A stretch of DNA of 58,192 bases from Dehalococcoidales bacterium (GTDB taxonomy: Bacteria; Chloroflexota; Dehalococcoidia; Dehalococcoidales; UBA2162): positions 1,543 through 59,734 of the forward strand of contig JBBITI010000016.1 of assembly GCA_037440885.1 (NCBI GenBank), read 5' to 3'. This document shows positions 28,307 to 37,668 of the stretch, piece by piece. Numbering within the stretch: the first letter of the stretch is position 1; the number at the start of each line of letters is the position of its first letter. The notes under the pieces were generated by a model, which was given only the letters and a program-made list of their open reading frames with translations, did no database searches and was not told the DNA's origin. A program made the position numbers and the translations under genes.

Positions 28307-28516
28307 CTAGTATTTTTCAATATACCTTCGGATTAATCTCTTACCTTCTTTTTGCAACCGGTTATATCTGAATTTCTTTAACACCCCCTCTATCCACTGG
28401 TATTTCTCTTTGGTTTGTACCCCTTCAAACTCAAGCGGTTGACTCCCTTCAATAAACTGCGCTACCTCTTCCGGTGACTGTGTTTCTCGTCGTTCATCTT
28501 TAGTCGCATATCCCAA
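28307..28516 (-). pseudogene. N-terminal stub of an integrase-core/DDE-type transposase
   Basis: The 69-aa ORF ..EEVAQFIEGSQPLEFEGVQTKEKYQWIEGVLKKFRYNRLQKEGKRLIRRYIEKY* matches the N-terminal region I recall from a transposase family (..FL.GSQ...F......RY.wI...L.KF.Y..L.K..KG...RYL.K.TGYSR..). It stops before any HTH or catalytic domain, directly against the vapC stop. Confidence 0.45.
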
Positions 28517-28688
28517 TCTTATGCGAATTGAGGCTGCAGGGGCTCATCTTGTATTAGACAAGACTTTTGTTGGTATTTTTTGATCTTTTTATTTATAATT
28601 ACCCATCAGTTCAGCAGGCTAGGTATCGACCTCGCCTGTTCTTCACAAGGGACGGCAGTTATTATTTCATAATGCAGAGGAGGGGTTG

Positions 28689-30143
28689 ATGTCTCAAACG
28701 ATGTTAAACAATCTCCTTATGAATGAGTTACGCGGTATTGTCGGTGACAGTTATGTTACTACTAACCGGGCAGACCTCTATATCTATTCTCAAGACCTTA
28801 CCCAGGCTCCGCCGCGCTGGCCGGATGTCGTTGTCTTGCCCGGTTCGCTTGAGGAATTGCGGCAGGTAGTCTGCCTGGCTGACCGCCAGCGCCTGCCGGT
28901 GATCCCTTATATTGCTGGCGGCAACATCGGTGGTCTTGCCATACCGCTGCACGGCGGTATCTTGCTCGATTTGAAACGCATGGACCGTATTCTGGAAGTC
29001 AACGATACGGATATGTACGCGGTGGTCGAACCCGGTGTCACCTTCGGCCACATCAAGGCTTACCTGGAAAAACATCATCCCGGCCTGGTTTACACTTATG
29101 CTTTTTCGCCGCCGTCAACTGGTGTTATAACTAATGCTGTGCTCCAGGGCCTGGATAATCTGTCTTTCCGCTATGGCGCCGCGTCCCACTGGGTCAGTGG
29201 TCTGGAAGTCCTGCTGGCATCCGGTGATATTGTCCGTATCGGTTCATCCGCCCTCAGTAAAACCTGGCAGGCGGTTGTTCCTTTCCCGGAATTAGCCGGG
29301 CTTTTTCTGGGCTGGCAGGGGACTACCGGTATCATCACCAAAATGGCGGTCAGTCTCTGGCCAAAACCGAAACACGCTTCTTCTCTTAGTTTCCAGTTTA
29401 TGGATCTGGCAGGAGCCTATGAATTTATCCGTGTGGTCAGCCGCACCCGTATCCCGGATGATCTGATCGGGACGTCTTTTGCATTGGGCAAAGTGTCGAT
29501 GGAGGCAATGGCACATAACAAGGCATCGCTTTATCCTGCTTTACAGAGACAACCCGGCGAGCCTGAATTTACCATGTCTCTCGAAGTTTCTGGCAATACA
29601 ACCGGGGAACTTGATGCAAAATTGAAAGTCCTCGATGAAATCTTCGCCGGCGAGTTAAAGAATATCAAGATGAAAAAGTCGCCGCCTGCTCCCAGTGCCA
29701 GCGCTCGTTTTCCCATGCAAACCCTACCCGTCTTGAGTTCTGGCGGTGGTTTGACCTGGGTCGGTTGTTACGGACCATTAAGTCGCTGGTTGGAAACGGT
29801 ACAGCGTGGCTGCGAGCTTCAGGATAAATATAATATTTCCCGTAGCTGTTATACACGGATAATGAACGAAGGGCATTTTGTCGGGCTGCGCTGGATGCTG
29901 CCGTTTGATAAAGGCGATTCCGAGATGGTGAAGAGGGTAACCGATCTCAGTATGGAACAGTTGGAGATGGTCCTCGATATGGGCTTTATCCCATATAAAA
30001 CACCGGTCTGGGCTATCGACAAGATAGAACAGCGTATCAGTCCGGAATGGTTGAGGCTGCACCGGCAGGTTAAGGACATGCTCGACCCGAATAATATTTT
30101 TAATCCAGGACGTTGGGGCCGGCCCCCTGTGGATATCAGGTAG
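28689..30143 (+). CDS. FAD-linked oxidase (GlcD / D-lactate dehydrogenase-like)
   Basis: About 484 aa. FAD_binding_4-type N-domain (..VVLPGSLEELRQVV..., ..GGNIGGLAIP..). SD GAGGAGGGG before ATG 28689. Confidence 0.85.
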   Translation: MSQTMLNNLLMNELRGIVGDSYVTTNRADLYIYSQDLTQAPPRWPDVVVLPGSLEELRQVVCLADRQRLPVIPYIAGGNIGGLAIPLHGGILLDLKRMDRILEVNDTDMYAVVEPGVTFGHIKAYLEKHHPGLVYTYAFSPPSTGVITNAVLQGLDNLSFRYGAASHWVSGLEVLLASGDIVRIGSSALSKTWQAVVPFPELAGLFLGWQGTTGIITKMAVSLWPKPKHASSLSFQFMDLAGAYEFIRVVSRTRIPDDLIGTSFALGKVSMEAMAHNKASLYPALQRQPGEPEFTMSLEVSGNTTGELDAKLKVLDEIFAGELKNIKMKKSPPAPSASARFPMQTLPVLSSGGGLTWVGCYGPLSRWLETVQRGCELQDKYNISRSCYTRIMNEGHFVGLRWMLPFDKGDSEMVKRVTDLSMEQLEMVLDMGFIPYKTPVWAIDKIEQRISPEWLRLHRQVKDMLDPNNIFNPGRWGRPPVDIR

Positions 30144-30223
30144 ATTATCAAAGCCGGATGCTGGTAGTCCCTATATTCTGAGAATCTCGAATTACAGGTC
30201 GTGGAAGAACGCAAGGAGATAAG

Positions 30224-31396
30224 ATGGCTCTCGAAGAAATGAGACAATGGTTGTACGGGTGCAGTCACTGTGGAACCTGTAAAGACGTGCTGAATATTTT
30301 TGTTCCCGCCTGTCCTTCGGGAGAAAAATACCAGTTAGAATCTTATTACCCTTCCGGTAGAGTATTGTTAGCCCGAGGTGTTCTCGAAGGTGTATTATCT
30401 CTCGATGATGAAGAAATTCGCCATCGTATCTATGCCTGCACCGGTTGTCTTTCTTGTGAACAGCAGTGCGGTGTGTACCATCACCAGCATATTTTCGAGA
30501 TCATCCAGACTCTTCGTACCGAGGCTGTCACACGCGGGCTTCTTAATCCCGGTTATATGACTGCCTATTACGGTTTGCGCGGAGAGGATAACGTTTTCGG
30601 CAAACTCAGAAAAGAACGCGGGGACTGGACCGCCGGGCTCGATGTGAAATATGCGACCAGGGAAGAGGTCGATGTCCTTTATCATGCCGGGTGCCTGCTT
30701 TCTTATGAACCGGAATTATGGCCGGTTTCTCGCAGTATCATCTCGCTTCTCCAGACTGCCGGATTAAAAGTCGGGGTGATGGGCGCAGAAGAAAATTGCT
30801 GTGGCGGGCGGGCCTATGAGATGGGTTATCTTGGCGAATTTACCAAATATGCCCAGCATAACATCGAGACCTTCAACAACCTTGGTATTGCAACGGTGAT
30901 TACAGCTTGTTCTGATGGCTACAGCTATTTCAAGAATCTTTATCCCAAGACGGGTTTGGAAATGAAATACCAGGTTGAGCATACCGTGGAATACTTGTAT
31001 AACCTGGTCACACTTGGGCGGTTAAGATTAAACCGGCAGGTGAATCGGACCGTGACTTATCACGACCCCTGTCATCTCGGCAGGCATATGCCGACCGGGG
31101 TCTACGACTCGCCGCGTGAACTTCTTGCCAGAATTCCCGGTCTTGCTCTGGTCGAGATGGAGCGGAACCGTGAAAATGCCTGGTGCTGTGGTGCCGGAGC
31201 GGGGGTAAGCCAGGCCGATCCCGATCTGGCTCTCTGGGCTGCCGGAGAAAGATTGCAGGAGGCGATGAAAACCGGAGCAACTGCCATCGTGACCAGTTGT
31301 CCCTGGTGTGAAAAGAACTTCCTCGATGCCGCCCGCCATTATCACCTCGATATCGAGATACTGGATGTCGCCCAGCTTGTTGCTTTGGCTGTCTGA
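30224..31396 (+). CDS. (Fe-S)-binding protein with two CCG domains (GlcF/HdrD-like)
   Basis: 390 aa. CSHCGTCKDVLNIFVPACP and CTGCLSCEQQCG ferredoxin-type clusters. CCG motifs ..ENCCGG.. and ..AWCCGAG.. Confidence 0.85.
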   Translation: MALEEMRQWLYGCSHCGTCKDVLNIFVPACPSGEKYQLESYYPSGRVLLARGVLEGVLSLDDEEIRHRIYACTGCLSCEQQCGVYHHQHIFEIIQTLRTEAVTRGLLNPGYMTAYYGLRGEDNVFGKLRKERGDWTAGLDVKYATREEVDVLYHAGCLLSYEPELWPVSRSIISLLQTAGLKVGVMGAEENCCGGRAYEMGYLGEFTKYAQHNIETFNNLGIATVITACSDGYSYFKNLYPKTGLEMKYQVEHTVEYLYNLVTLGRLRLNRQVNRTVTYHDPCHLGRHMPTGVYDSPRELLARIPGLALVEMERNRENAWCCGAGAGVSQADPDLALWAAGERLQEAMKTGATAIVTSCPWCEKNFLDAARHYHLDIEILDVAQLVALAV

Positions 31397-31607
31397 TCTG
31401 GTTATCCCAGCCGAGAGTAACCTCGCCGCTATATCCCTTGACCCACGGCCACCACATTACGTAGTAGTAAGGACAGGGCAGCCACACACCCCAAACCTGG
31501 GAGAGTTCGTGAGTCCCGTATTCCTTCAAGCGTTTTTCAACTTCGGCTTGGTCTCTATCAGCCTGTAAAAATCTTGCCGTGATTGTCCGGTTACAGGCTT
31601 GCAGTGT
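31397..31607 (-). pseudogene. C-terminal fragment of a family-5 ABC substrate-binding protein
   Basis: The open frame after a TAA (31608-31610) reads TLQACNRTITARFLQADRDQAEVEKRLKEYGTHELSQVWGVWLPCPYYYVMWWPWVKGYSGEVTLGWDN.. The ..P..Y..WWPWVKGY.GE.. block is typical of the SBP_bac_5 C-terminus. There is no N-terminal part, and the frame runs into the convergent GlcF-like CDS. Confidence 0.4.
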
Positions 31608-31707
31608 TTAGCCAGGTTTTTCGGCATCCGGTATTTACAATCTTCGGCCATTTCTTCATAATATGATGATATGACCGTAATATATAAGAAAACGGAGTTA
31701 AAAAATA

Positions 31708-32955
31708 ATGACTAAAACTGCACAAGAGTTATACCAGGAACGTGAACAACGCATCATGAACGCTATCCATCTGGAACCGCTGGACCGGATTCCGATAATG
31801 GTAGCCTTCACCTATTTCCCGGCAAAATATTTCGGGATATCCTTCAAGGATGCCTGGTATGACCATGACAAATGGCTGGAAGCTACCATGAAAACTATCG
31901 TTGATCATGCCCCGGACGGTATCTGGTCTATCCAGGGGTTTAACCCCGGTGCTGCTCTGGAACACCTTGAACCGAAAAACCAGAGATGGCCGGGTTGGGG
32001 ACTGGCTGATAATAACGGACATCAGGCTATCGAAATCGAAGGCATGAAAAGTAGTGAATATGACCTGTATTTCAACGACAAATCAGACTTCGTTTTCCGT
32101 ACCATGTTCGGACGAATGATCAAGGCCGCGGAACCTTTCAAAAAACTGCCCCCTCTCTCGTCCATGACTTCAGCTTTCGGGGCATTGGCTCTTGCCGAAG
32201 CGCTTGCAGATCCTGAAGTCGCCGCGGCTATCGAGAAATTCCAGAAAGCTGGCCGTATCTACAAAGAACTGCGACCCAGGATGGTGAATTTTTACCAGGT
32301 AGCCGAGTCTCTCGGTTTTCCCTGCCCTACCGCTCCCGGAGGCGGCGCTCCTTTTGATGCCATATCCGACTGGATGCGTGGTATGCAGGGTGCCATGACA
32401 GATATGTACCGTTATCCCGAAAAGTTGCACCGGATGAACGAAGAGTTTCTTCAACGGACGCTTGCCTTACTGGATTCGGTACCCAAATTCACTAGGCCGG
32501 CCCGGGCATTGATGCCACTGCACCGTGGTTCTGACGGCTTCATGTCCTTGAAACAGTTTGAAGAATTCTACTGGCCGGGTCTCAAAACTATCATGCTGAA
32601 GATGATCGATAAGGGTATTACGCCCTGTCCGTTCCTGGAAGGTACCTGGGACCAGCGACTTGAATATCTCCTGGAGCTTCCCAAAGGCAAGGTTCTCGCC
32701 CATTTTGCTTATAGCGATATGAAAAAAGCCAAGGATGTCCTTGGTGGACACCTCTGTATCATGGGCGGCGTGCCGTCTTCTATTCTTAACGTCGGTACCG
32801 TTCAGCAGGTCGAAGAATGTGTCAAAGATATCATGCAATACTGTGGTCGGGGCGGCGGATTGATCATCGCCAATAACACCATCAACGAAGGTAAACCCGA
32901 ATGTGTCCGCGCCATGATTGAAACAGTGAAGGAATACGGCAACCGCTACCTCTAA
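31708..32955 (+). CDS. URO-D/MtaA-like family protein, paralog 2
   Basis: 415 aa. ..LEPLDRIPIMV.., ..QRWPGWG.., ..GGGLIIANNTINEGKPECVRAMIETVKEYG.. Confidence 0.75.
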   Translation: MTKTAQELYQEREQRIMNAIHLEPLDRIPIMVAFTYFPAKYFGISFKDAWYDHDKWLEATMKTIVDHAPDGIWSIQGFNPGAALEHLEPKNQRWPGWGLADNNGHQAIEIEGMKSSEYDLYFNDKSDFVFRTMFGRMIKAAEPFKKLPPLSSMTSAFGALALAEALADPEVAAAIEKFQKAGRIYKELRPRMVNFYQVAESLGFPCPTAPGGGAPFDAISDWMRGMQGAMTDMYRYPEKLHRMNEEFLQRTLALLDSVPKFTRPARALMPLHRGSDGFMSLKQFEEFYWPGLKTIMLKMIDKGITPCPFLEGTWDQRLEYLLELPKGKVLAHFAYSDMKKAKDVLGGHLCIMGGVPSSILNVGTVQQVEECVKDIMQYCGRGGGLIIANNTINEGKPECVRAMIETVKEYGNRYL

Positions 32956-33040
32956 TAATTCCCAAACCGCTATATCCGGTGTCCTCCCTGTTATGTTAAC
33001 GGTGAGGACACCGGACTCCGGTGGGAACGTTTCCTGTCTC

Positions 33041-34195
33041 TCACACAGTAACTATGTTCATCCCCGCGGAAATGTACTTGGAAACAGCCGCCTCATTGAG
33101 TTCCAGGCCTATGCCGGGGCCCTCGGGCGGGTAAAAGTAACCATCTTTATACACCTGCGGATTCTTGATGATGTCACATTCTGCCTTCCTGGTCGTATCG
33201 AATGTATTGTACATCAGCACGGGGAAGAAGACGTCGTGGTCCTGATTGCGGAACTCAGCGTCAGAAGCCAGCCAGTGTGTCTGAGCGGCTGCCTCCCATG
33301 GCCCGTTCATGGCGCCACAATACATTGCCAGACCCGCCGCCTTAGCAATGCTAGCCCACTTGATTCCCTCCGTTATTCCGCCTGATGATGCCAGTTTGGT
33401 GCCGACGATATCAGCGGCTTGTTTGTCGATAACCTGTATCAGGTCGGGAATAAGCACGCTGGATTCATGGGCGCATATCGGGGTCTTCAGCTTTTTACGC
33501 AACTGGGCTAATCCGTTGACATCCCAACACAATTGTTCATACTTAAACAGGTTAAATTCATCCATCGCTCTACCCATCATCAGCGCATCGTGGTAATTGT
33601 AACCAGCGTTGGCATCGAAGGATATCCCGATCTTATCGCCGACTGCTTTTCTGACAGCCCCCACGGTTTCTACATCACGTTCCAGTGAGCGTGCACCCCC
33701 GCCAAACCCGGTTGACTTCAATCCGATGCTTTTGACTCCGTTCGCTACTGCGTGAGCCGCTTCTTCGGCCGCTTTCCGGGGACCATCCGGCGAATTCTCG
33801 GAATGGATAAAGAAGTTGAAAATGAGCTTGTCCACGGCTTTCCCGCCAAGAAGCTGATAGACCGGCTGTTTTAGCGCTTTGCCTACCAGGTCCCATAAAG
33901 CGAAGTCTATCGTCGCCACGGCAGCCGGATATGAAACACCCCAGACCGAGCGGATGCTCCCGTTAAGTCTGGCCATGATAATCCCCCTATCCAGAGGATT
34001 AGCGCCGATGAGCACCGGCGCCCATGACTTAATCATTGCGATAACAATGTCCTGGTTCACCATCCCGGCGTCGGCGATTCCCGTGATACCTTCGTCAGTA
34101 TGGATTTTTGCGAGGAGAACACGACCGACCGCCTTTGGACCTCGCATCGGGGTAGGCAAGCTTAGGGGTATGCATTCTATCTTGGTGATTTTCAT
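33041..34195 (-). CDS. Enolase-superfamily enzyme (mandelate racemase / muconate lactonizing family)
   Basis: 384 aa. N-terminal capping domain (..MKITKIECIPL..), metal-ligand blocks ..ISFDANAG.., ..YEQ.. and ..CAHES.. SD GGAGGAAAAGG. Confidence 0.85.
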   Translation of the reverse strand: MKITKIECIPLSLPTPMRGPKAVGRVLLAKIHTDEGITGIADAGMVNQDIVIAMIKSWAPVLIGANPLDRGIIMARLNGSIRSVWGVSYPAAVATIDFALWDLVGKALKQPVYQLLGGKAVDKLIFNFFIHSENSPDGPRKAAEEAAHAVANGVKSIGLKSTGFGGGARSLERDVETVGAVRKAVGDKIGISFDANAGYNYHDALMMGRAMDEFNLFKYEQLCWDVNGLAQLRKKLKTPICAHESSVLIPDLIQVIDKQAADIVGTKLASSGGITEGIKWASIAKAAGLAMYCGAMNGPWEAAAQTHWLASDAEFRNQDHDVFFPVLMYNTFDTTRKAECDIIKNPQVYKDGYFYPPEGPGIGLELNEAAVSKYISAGMNIVTV

Positions 34196-34263
34196 TTACC
34201 TTTTCCTCCATCATGGTATGAAATTGTTGATCCAACTCTAATCTAACTCCGTTTCGCATCATG

Positions 34264-35661
34264 CTACGGAGTAACATGGCGCATCAGTTCTGAGATGTTA
34301 TCAAGTTTTTCGAGTTTCAGGAGAGCTTCAATAGCCTTCTCGGTTTTACCCCTGGTCAAAATTCTCTCGGCGTTGTGCTTGAACTTTTCCACCGCGTCCG
34401 CTTCAGTCCAGGCAACATCCGTAAAGGTGTCGCCCCGCCGGTACTTGACCTCGTTGGCAAAGGTTTTTCCCCGGGCGACAATCTCTGCTTTAGCAGGGCG
34501 GGCGGTGGGGTCTTGCTCGGCTATTCGCGCATCCGGGTATGGTCCACCGCTTACTTTAGACATGAAATTGAGTATCTTGGGATTGGTCATCGTGTCCGGG
34601 TCAACCCACTCTACCCCCCGCCGTACTCGATGAACGGCGACGGCAATGTTATAGGGCATATTAAACTGGGCAGCGGAAATGCTGCTCAGGTCATTGGACA
34701 TGCCACCGGCTCCGAATACCTTTACGCTTTCAATTTCCCCGGGCAGGATGCTATTCTGCTCGATGATGCTATAGACGCAATCCAGCACGCTGTGAAAGAC
34801 TCCGCAGCAAGGGTAAGGCTTATAGTGCAGTATGAGATTGAAGATCCATTCCTTACCGAGGTTTTCCGTCACCACTTCGGGGTAGTAGTTGGGGTATCCT
34901 ACAAAGTGACAGAACCCCCGTTGGTTTTCGTCCAGGACTGTGGTATCTCCAGTGTAGCCCATTTCAGCAAGCAGTGCTGCCGTTACCGCACCCGTGCTTT
35001 GCCAGCCCGGAACGCCATATTTTGCCATATACTTATAACCCCCGACTCCCCACCGGCTGTATGATAAGACCATACAGAGATGAGCTGCGATTCCCATGCT
35101 GTGAAGCGTTTTCTCTATGCCCAGCTTCAGTAGACGGCCGGCACCGGCAGCAGCACCGAGATTTGAATAAGCATTTCCGGTGAGTCCCCGGGTGCCGGTC
35201 CTGTTTCTCTGCAAGTCCTCAGTGGTGATGCTGTACCTGCCTACCGCCCTGGCTAATCTGGCTGAAATCTCAAGCCCAACCGCTGTAGCCAGCATTAGCT
35301 CTTTTCCCGTGGCTCCTGTGCTCTCGGCTATTGCCAGCGTGGTCGGCAAGACATAGGTGCCATCGTGCCCGCCGGCTATGATATCGCTATAGTCCAGAGT
35401 TATCATTAGTTCACCGTTGACCAGTGCCGCTGTGGAGCAAGATACTTTTTCACTCAAGCCAATCAGCGATGCTTCCGGCGGCCCTCCGTATCTCCTGCCC
35501 AGAGCCGCCATCATCTTCCCTTTTTCGGTTGAGTGGGCTGCCAGAGCAGTTCCGATGTGTTCCATGATAACCATTCTCGTATCCCGCAAGACCGACTCAG
35601 GCAGTTCTTCCCATGTTGTGTCGATGGCAAAACCGGCAAGTGCTCTCGTAATCTCGCTCAT
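34264..35661 (-). CDS. MmgE/PrpD-family protein (2-methylcitrate dehydratase fold)
   Basis: 465 aa. ..LAGFAIDTTWEELPESV.. N-terminus, and ..KPYPCCG..HS..D.. which is characteristic of the family. SD GAAGGAG. Confidence 0.85.
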   Translation of the reverse strand: MSEITRALAGFAIDTTWEELPESVLRDTRMVIMEHIGTALAAHSTEKGKMMAALGRRYGGPPEASLIGLSEKVSCSTAALVNGELMITLDYSDIIAGGHDGTYVLPTTLAIAESTGATGKELMLATAVGLEISARLARAVGRYSITTEDLQRNRTGTRGLTGNAYSNLGAAAGAGRLLKLGIEKTLHSMGIAAHLCMVLSYSRWGVGGYKYMAKYGVPGWQSTGAVTAALLAEMGYTGDTTVLDENQRGFCHFVGYPNYYPEVVTENLGKEWIFNLILHYKPYPCCGVFHSVLDCVYSIIEQNSILPGEIESVKVFGAGGMSNDLSSISAAQFNMPYNIAVAVHRVRRGVEWVDPDTMTNPKILNFMSKVSGGPYPDARIAEQDPTARPAKAEIVARGKTFANEVKYRRGDTFTDVAWTEADAVEKFKHNAERILTRGKTEKAIEALLKLEKLDNISELMRHVTP

Positions 35662-35705
35662 TTACTGCTCCTTCATATAGCTTGTGAAACTATGCAAATC
35701 AGCTA

Positions 35706-37568
35706 TTATCCCGGTCTTGGCCCCGGGGGTGGTCCACCGGGTTGTGCCCCCCCTCCCGGCCCTCCTGGTAGCGGAGATGGCGGCCAGATTTCCTCCGCCA
35801 CATCCTTCAGACCCAGCGAGAGCAACTTCGCTTTGCTTGGTTTGGTGGTTACCCAGTCCCAGTCCAGTGCCCCGAGATTCCAATAGTTCTGGGCATCAAA
35901 AGGCGCCCTTACGTCCGCAAGCGGTCCCACTTTCTGAGGAGGGTCGCCAATTATCCGGGAGTGAACTTTCAATTTCAGCGGGTTAATACCTTCGCGCAGG
36001 GTAAAGACATGTCTCATATTGGCAATCCTCTCACCACATCTCAGTAATTCATCCATAGAGCGTTCCAGGCCGGTAACTGCATTCATAAATTCAACCAGAT
36101 AATTTCTGGGTCCCGGTGGTCCCATACTGCCGAACGTACAAACACCCAGTGCATTATTCAGGAGTCTGCTAAAACCGCCCGGACCAAAACCTGCCGTATG
36201 CCGCCCGGGAGCAGCGTCCATCTGGTAACGGGCTGCTGTAGAACTCCGGTCGCCTATTCCTCCGGCCAGCTTGGGGTCGTGATAGCCGAGCTCTTGCCCG
36301 CCAATGTGAATTGCATACTGTTCCGCACCTTTCCCTATCCTCTCAGCCGCTATCTTTACTCCGTCAGCCAGGATCTCACCGAATCCTTCTCTCTTGACCA
36401 TCTTTTCGGTCATGGCGACTATGGCCCGGTGGTTGCCCCAGGTCAACTCGATGCCGCCGGTATCTTTGCCGGTTATGATTCCATTCTCATAACACTCGAT
36501 AGCAAAGGCGATGATACCACCGGCGGAGATAGTATCGATGCCGTAGCTATTACAAAGATGGTTCAGCATATTAAGTGACTCGGCGTTATGGTTGAGGCAC
36601 ATCATTCCAAAAGCCGCCTGAGTTTCATATTCTATACGGCGAACACCCGCAGGGTACCGGTATTCGCCGGTTCCTGCTTTCAAGAGTGCCTGACAGGCAA
36701 TAGGACAGTGCCAGCATGGATCATGACGGTCAAAGTTCATTATCGCCGCATCACCTGAAACCCCGACTGTGTCACTATAGTCAATAATACCGACTCCGCC
36801 CCAATTCTTGACCGGTGAATCGCCACTCAAGGCTGACCGGGCTGCCATACTGGAAGTCCCGTATTTCCGCATCCCCTCTGGCCTGAGCTCAGCCAGGTTT
36901 TCCTTCCTCAGCTGGGCTGCTTTCTCCTTATCGGCTATAGGAACCTCCATATTCCCTCTTGCTACTACCGCCTTTAGTTTCTTTGATCCCATAACTGCGC
37001 CTAGACCGCAGCGTCCGGCAACAGAACCTCTCTTATTGACGAGACAGGCGATGCGCGACAGCTTTTCTCCCGCCGGTCCGATACATGAGACGCTGCTATC
37101 CTTGCCGTATTCATGGATCAGCGTGTCTTCGGTTTCGTAGGTATCCTTGCTCCAGAGATGAGCTGCATCTTTCAGTTGGGCTTTTCCGTTGTCAATAAGC
37201 AGATAAACCGGCTTGTCCGCTATTCCATTAAAAAAGACGGCATCATAACCGGCGAACTTCAGGTGGGGTCCAAAATCACCCCCGGAATTAGCATCTCCCC
37301 ACCCTCCGGTGAGAGGCGATTTTGCCACTACCTGGTATCGTACGCCAGTAATGTTGGGAGTCCCGGTTAGCGGACCGGTAATCAAACCAAGGGTATTCTC
37401 CGGACCCAGGGCGTCTACGCCAGCTTTCTGGCGGCTGTACAGGACTCGGGCACCGATGCCGGGACCACCAATAAAATCCCGATAGAGGCTTTCTTCAGGT
37501 GTCTCTTCGGTTATCTTCCGGGTGGAAAGGTCCACAAATAACAATTTCCCCATGTATCCCTTCAGCAT
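35706..37568 (-). CDS. Aldehyde:ferredoxin oxidoreductase (tungstopterin AOR family) with a Pro/Gly-rich C-terminal tail
   Basis: ..GYMGKLLFVDLSTRKI.., ..VVAKSPLTGGWGDAN.., [4Fe-4S] ligand block ..DPCWHCPIAC.., ..GIDTISAGG.. I preferred the start at ATG 37568 (MLKGYMGK..) behind GAGGGAGAG. The ORF track starts at 37610. Confidence 0.9.
   Translation of the reverse strand: MLKGYMGKLLFVDLSTRKITEETPEESLYRDFIGGPGIGARVLYSRQKAGVDALGPENTLGLITGPLTGTPNITGVRYQVVAKSPLTGGWGDANSGGDFGPHLKFAGYDAVFFNGIADKPVYLLIDNGKAQLKDAAHLWSKDTYETEDTLIHEYGKDSSVSCIGPAGEKLSRIACLVNKRGSVAGRCGLGAVMGSKKLKAVVARGNMEVPIADKEKAAQLRKENLAELRPEGMRKYGTSSMAARSALSGDSPVKNWGGVGIIDYSDTVGVSGDAAIMNFDRHDPCWHCPIACQALLKAGTGEYRYPAGVRRIEYETQAAFGMMCLNHNAESLNMLNHLCNSYGIDTISAGGIIAFAIECYENGIITGKDTGGIELTWGNHRAIVAMTEKMVKREGFGEILADGVKIAAERIGKGAEQYAIHIGGQELGYHDPKLAGGIGDRSSTAARYQMDAAPGRHTAGFGPGGFSRLLNNALGVCTFGSMGPPGPRNYLVEFMNAVTGLERSMDELLRCGERIANMRHVFTLREGINPLKLKVHSRIIGDPPQKVGPLADVRAPFDAQNYWNLGALDWDWVTTKPSKAKLLSLGLKDVAEEIWPPSPLPGGPGGGAQPGGPPPGPRPG
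35709..35783 (-). other. Low-complexity Pro/Gly tail of AOR (25 aa)
   Basis: PPSPLPGGPGGGAQPGGPPPGPRPG* follows the normal family C-terminus (..AKLLSLGLKDVAEEIW). Confidence 0.8.
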
Positions 37569-37668
37569 TTTTCTCTCCCTCACATAATCATTTATAGATA
37601 ATATGTTCAAAAATAATTCTTGGTTGATTTAGCCACGAAAAAAAGCTATGACCATTCTCGTTTTGACA

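Noticed and set aside
31008-31529. A 173-aa ORF from the track, considered as a real gene.
   Set aside because: Only its first ~45 residues (31397-31529) look like protein, namely the SBP C-terminus. The rest is antisense to the GlcF-like CDS. I reinterpreted it as a pseudogene fragment at 31397..31607.
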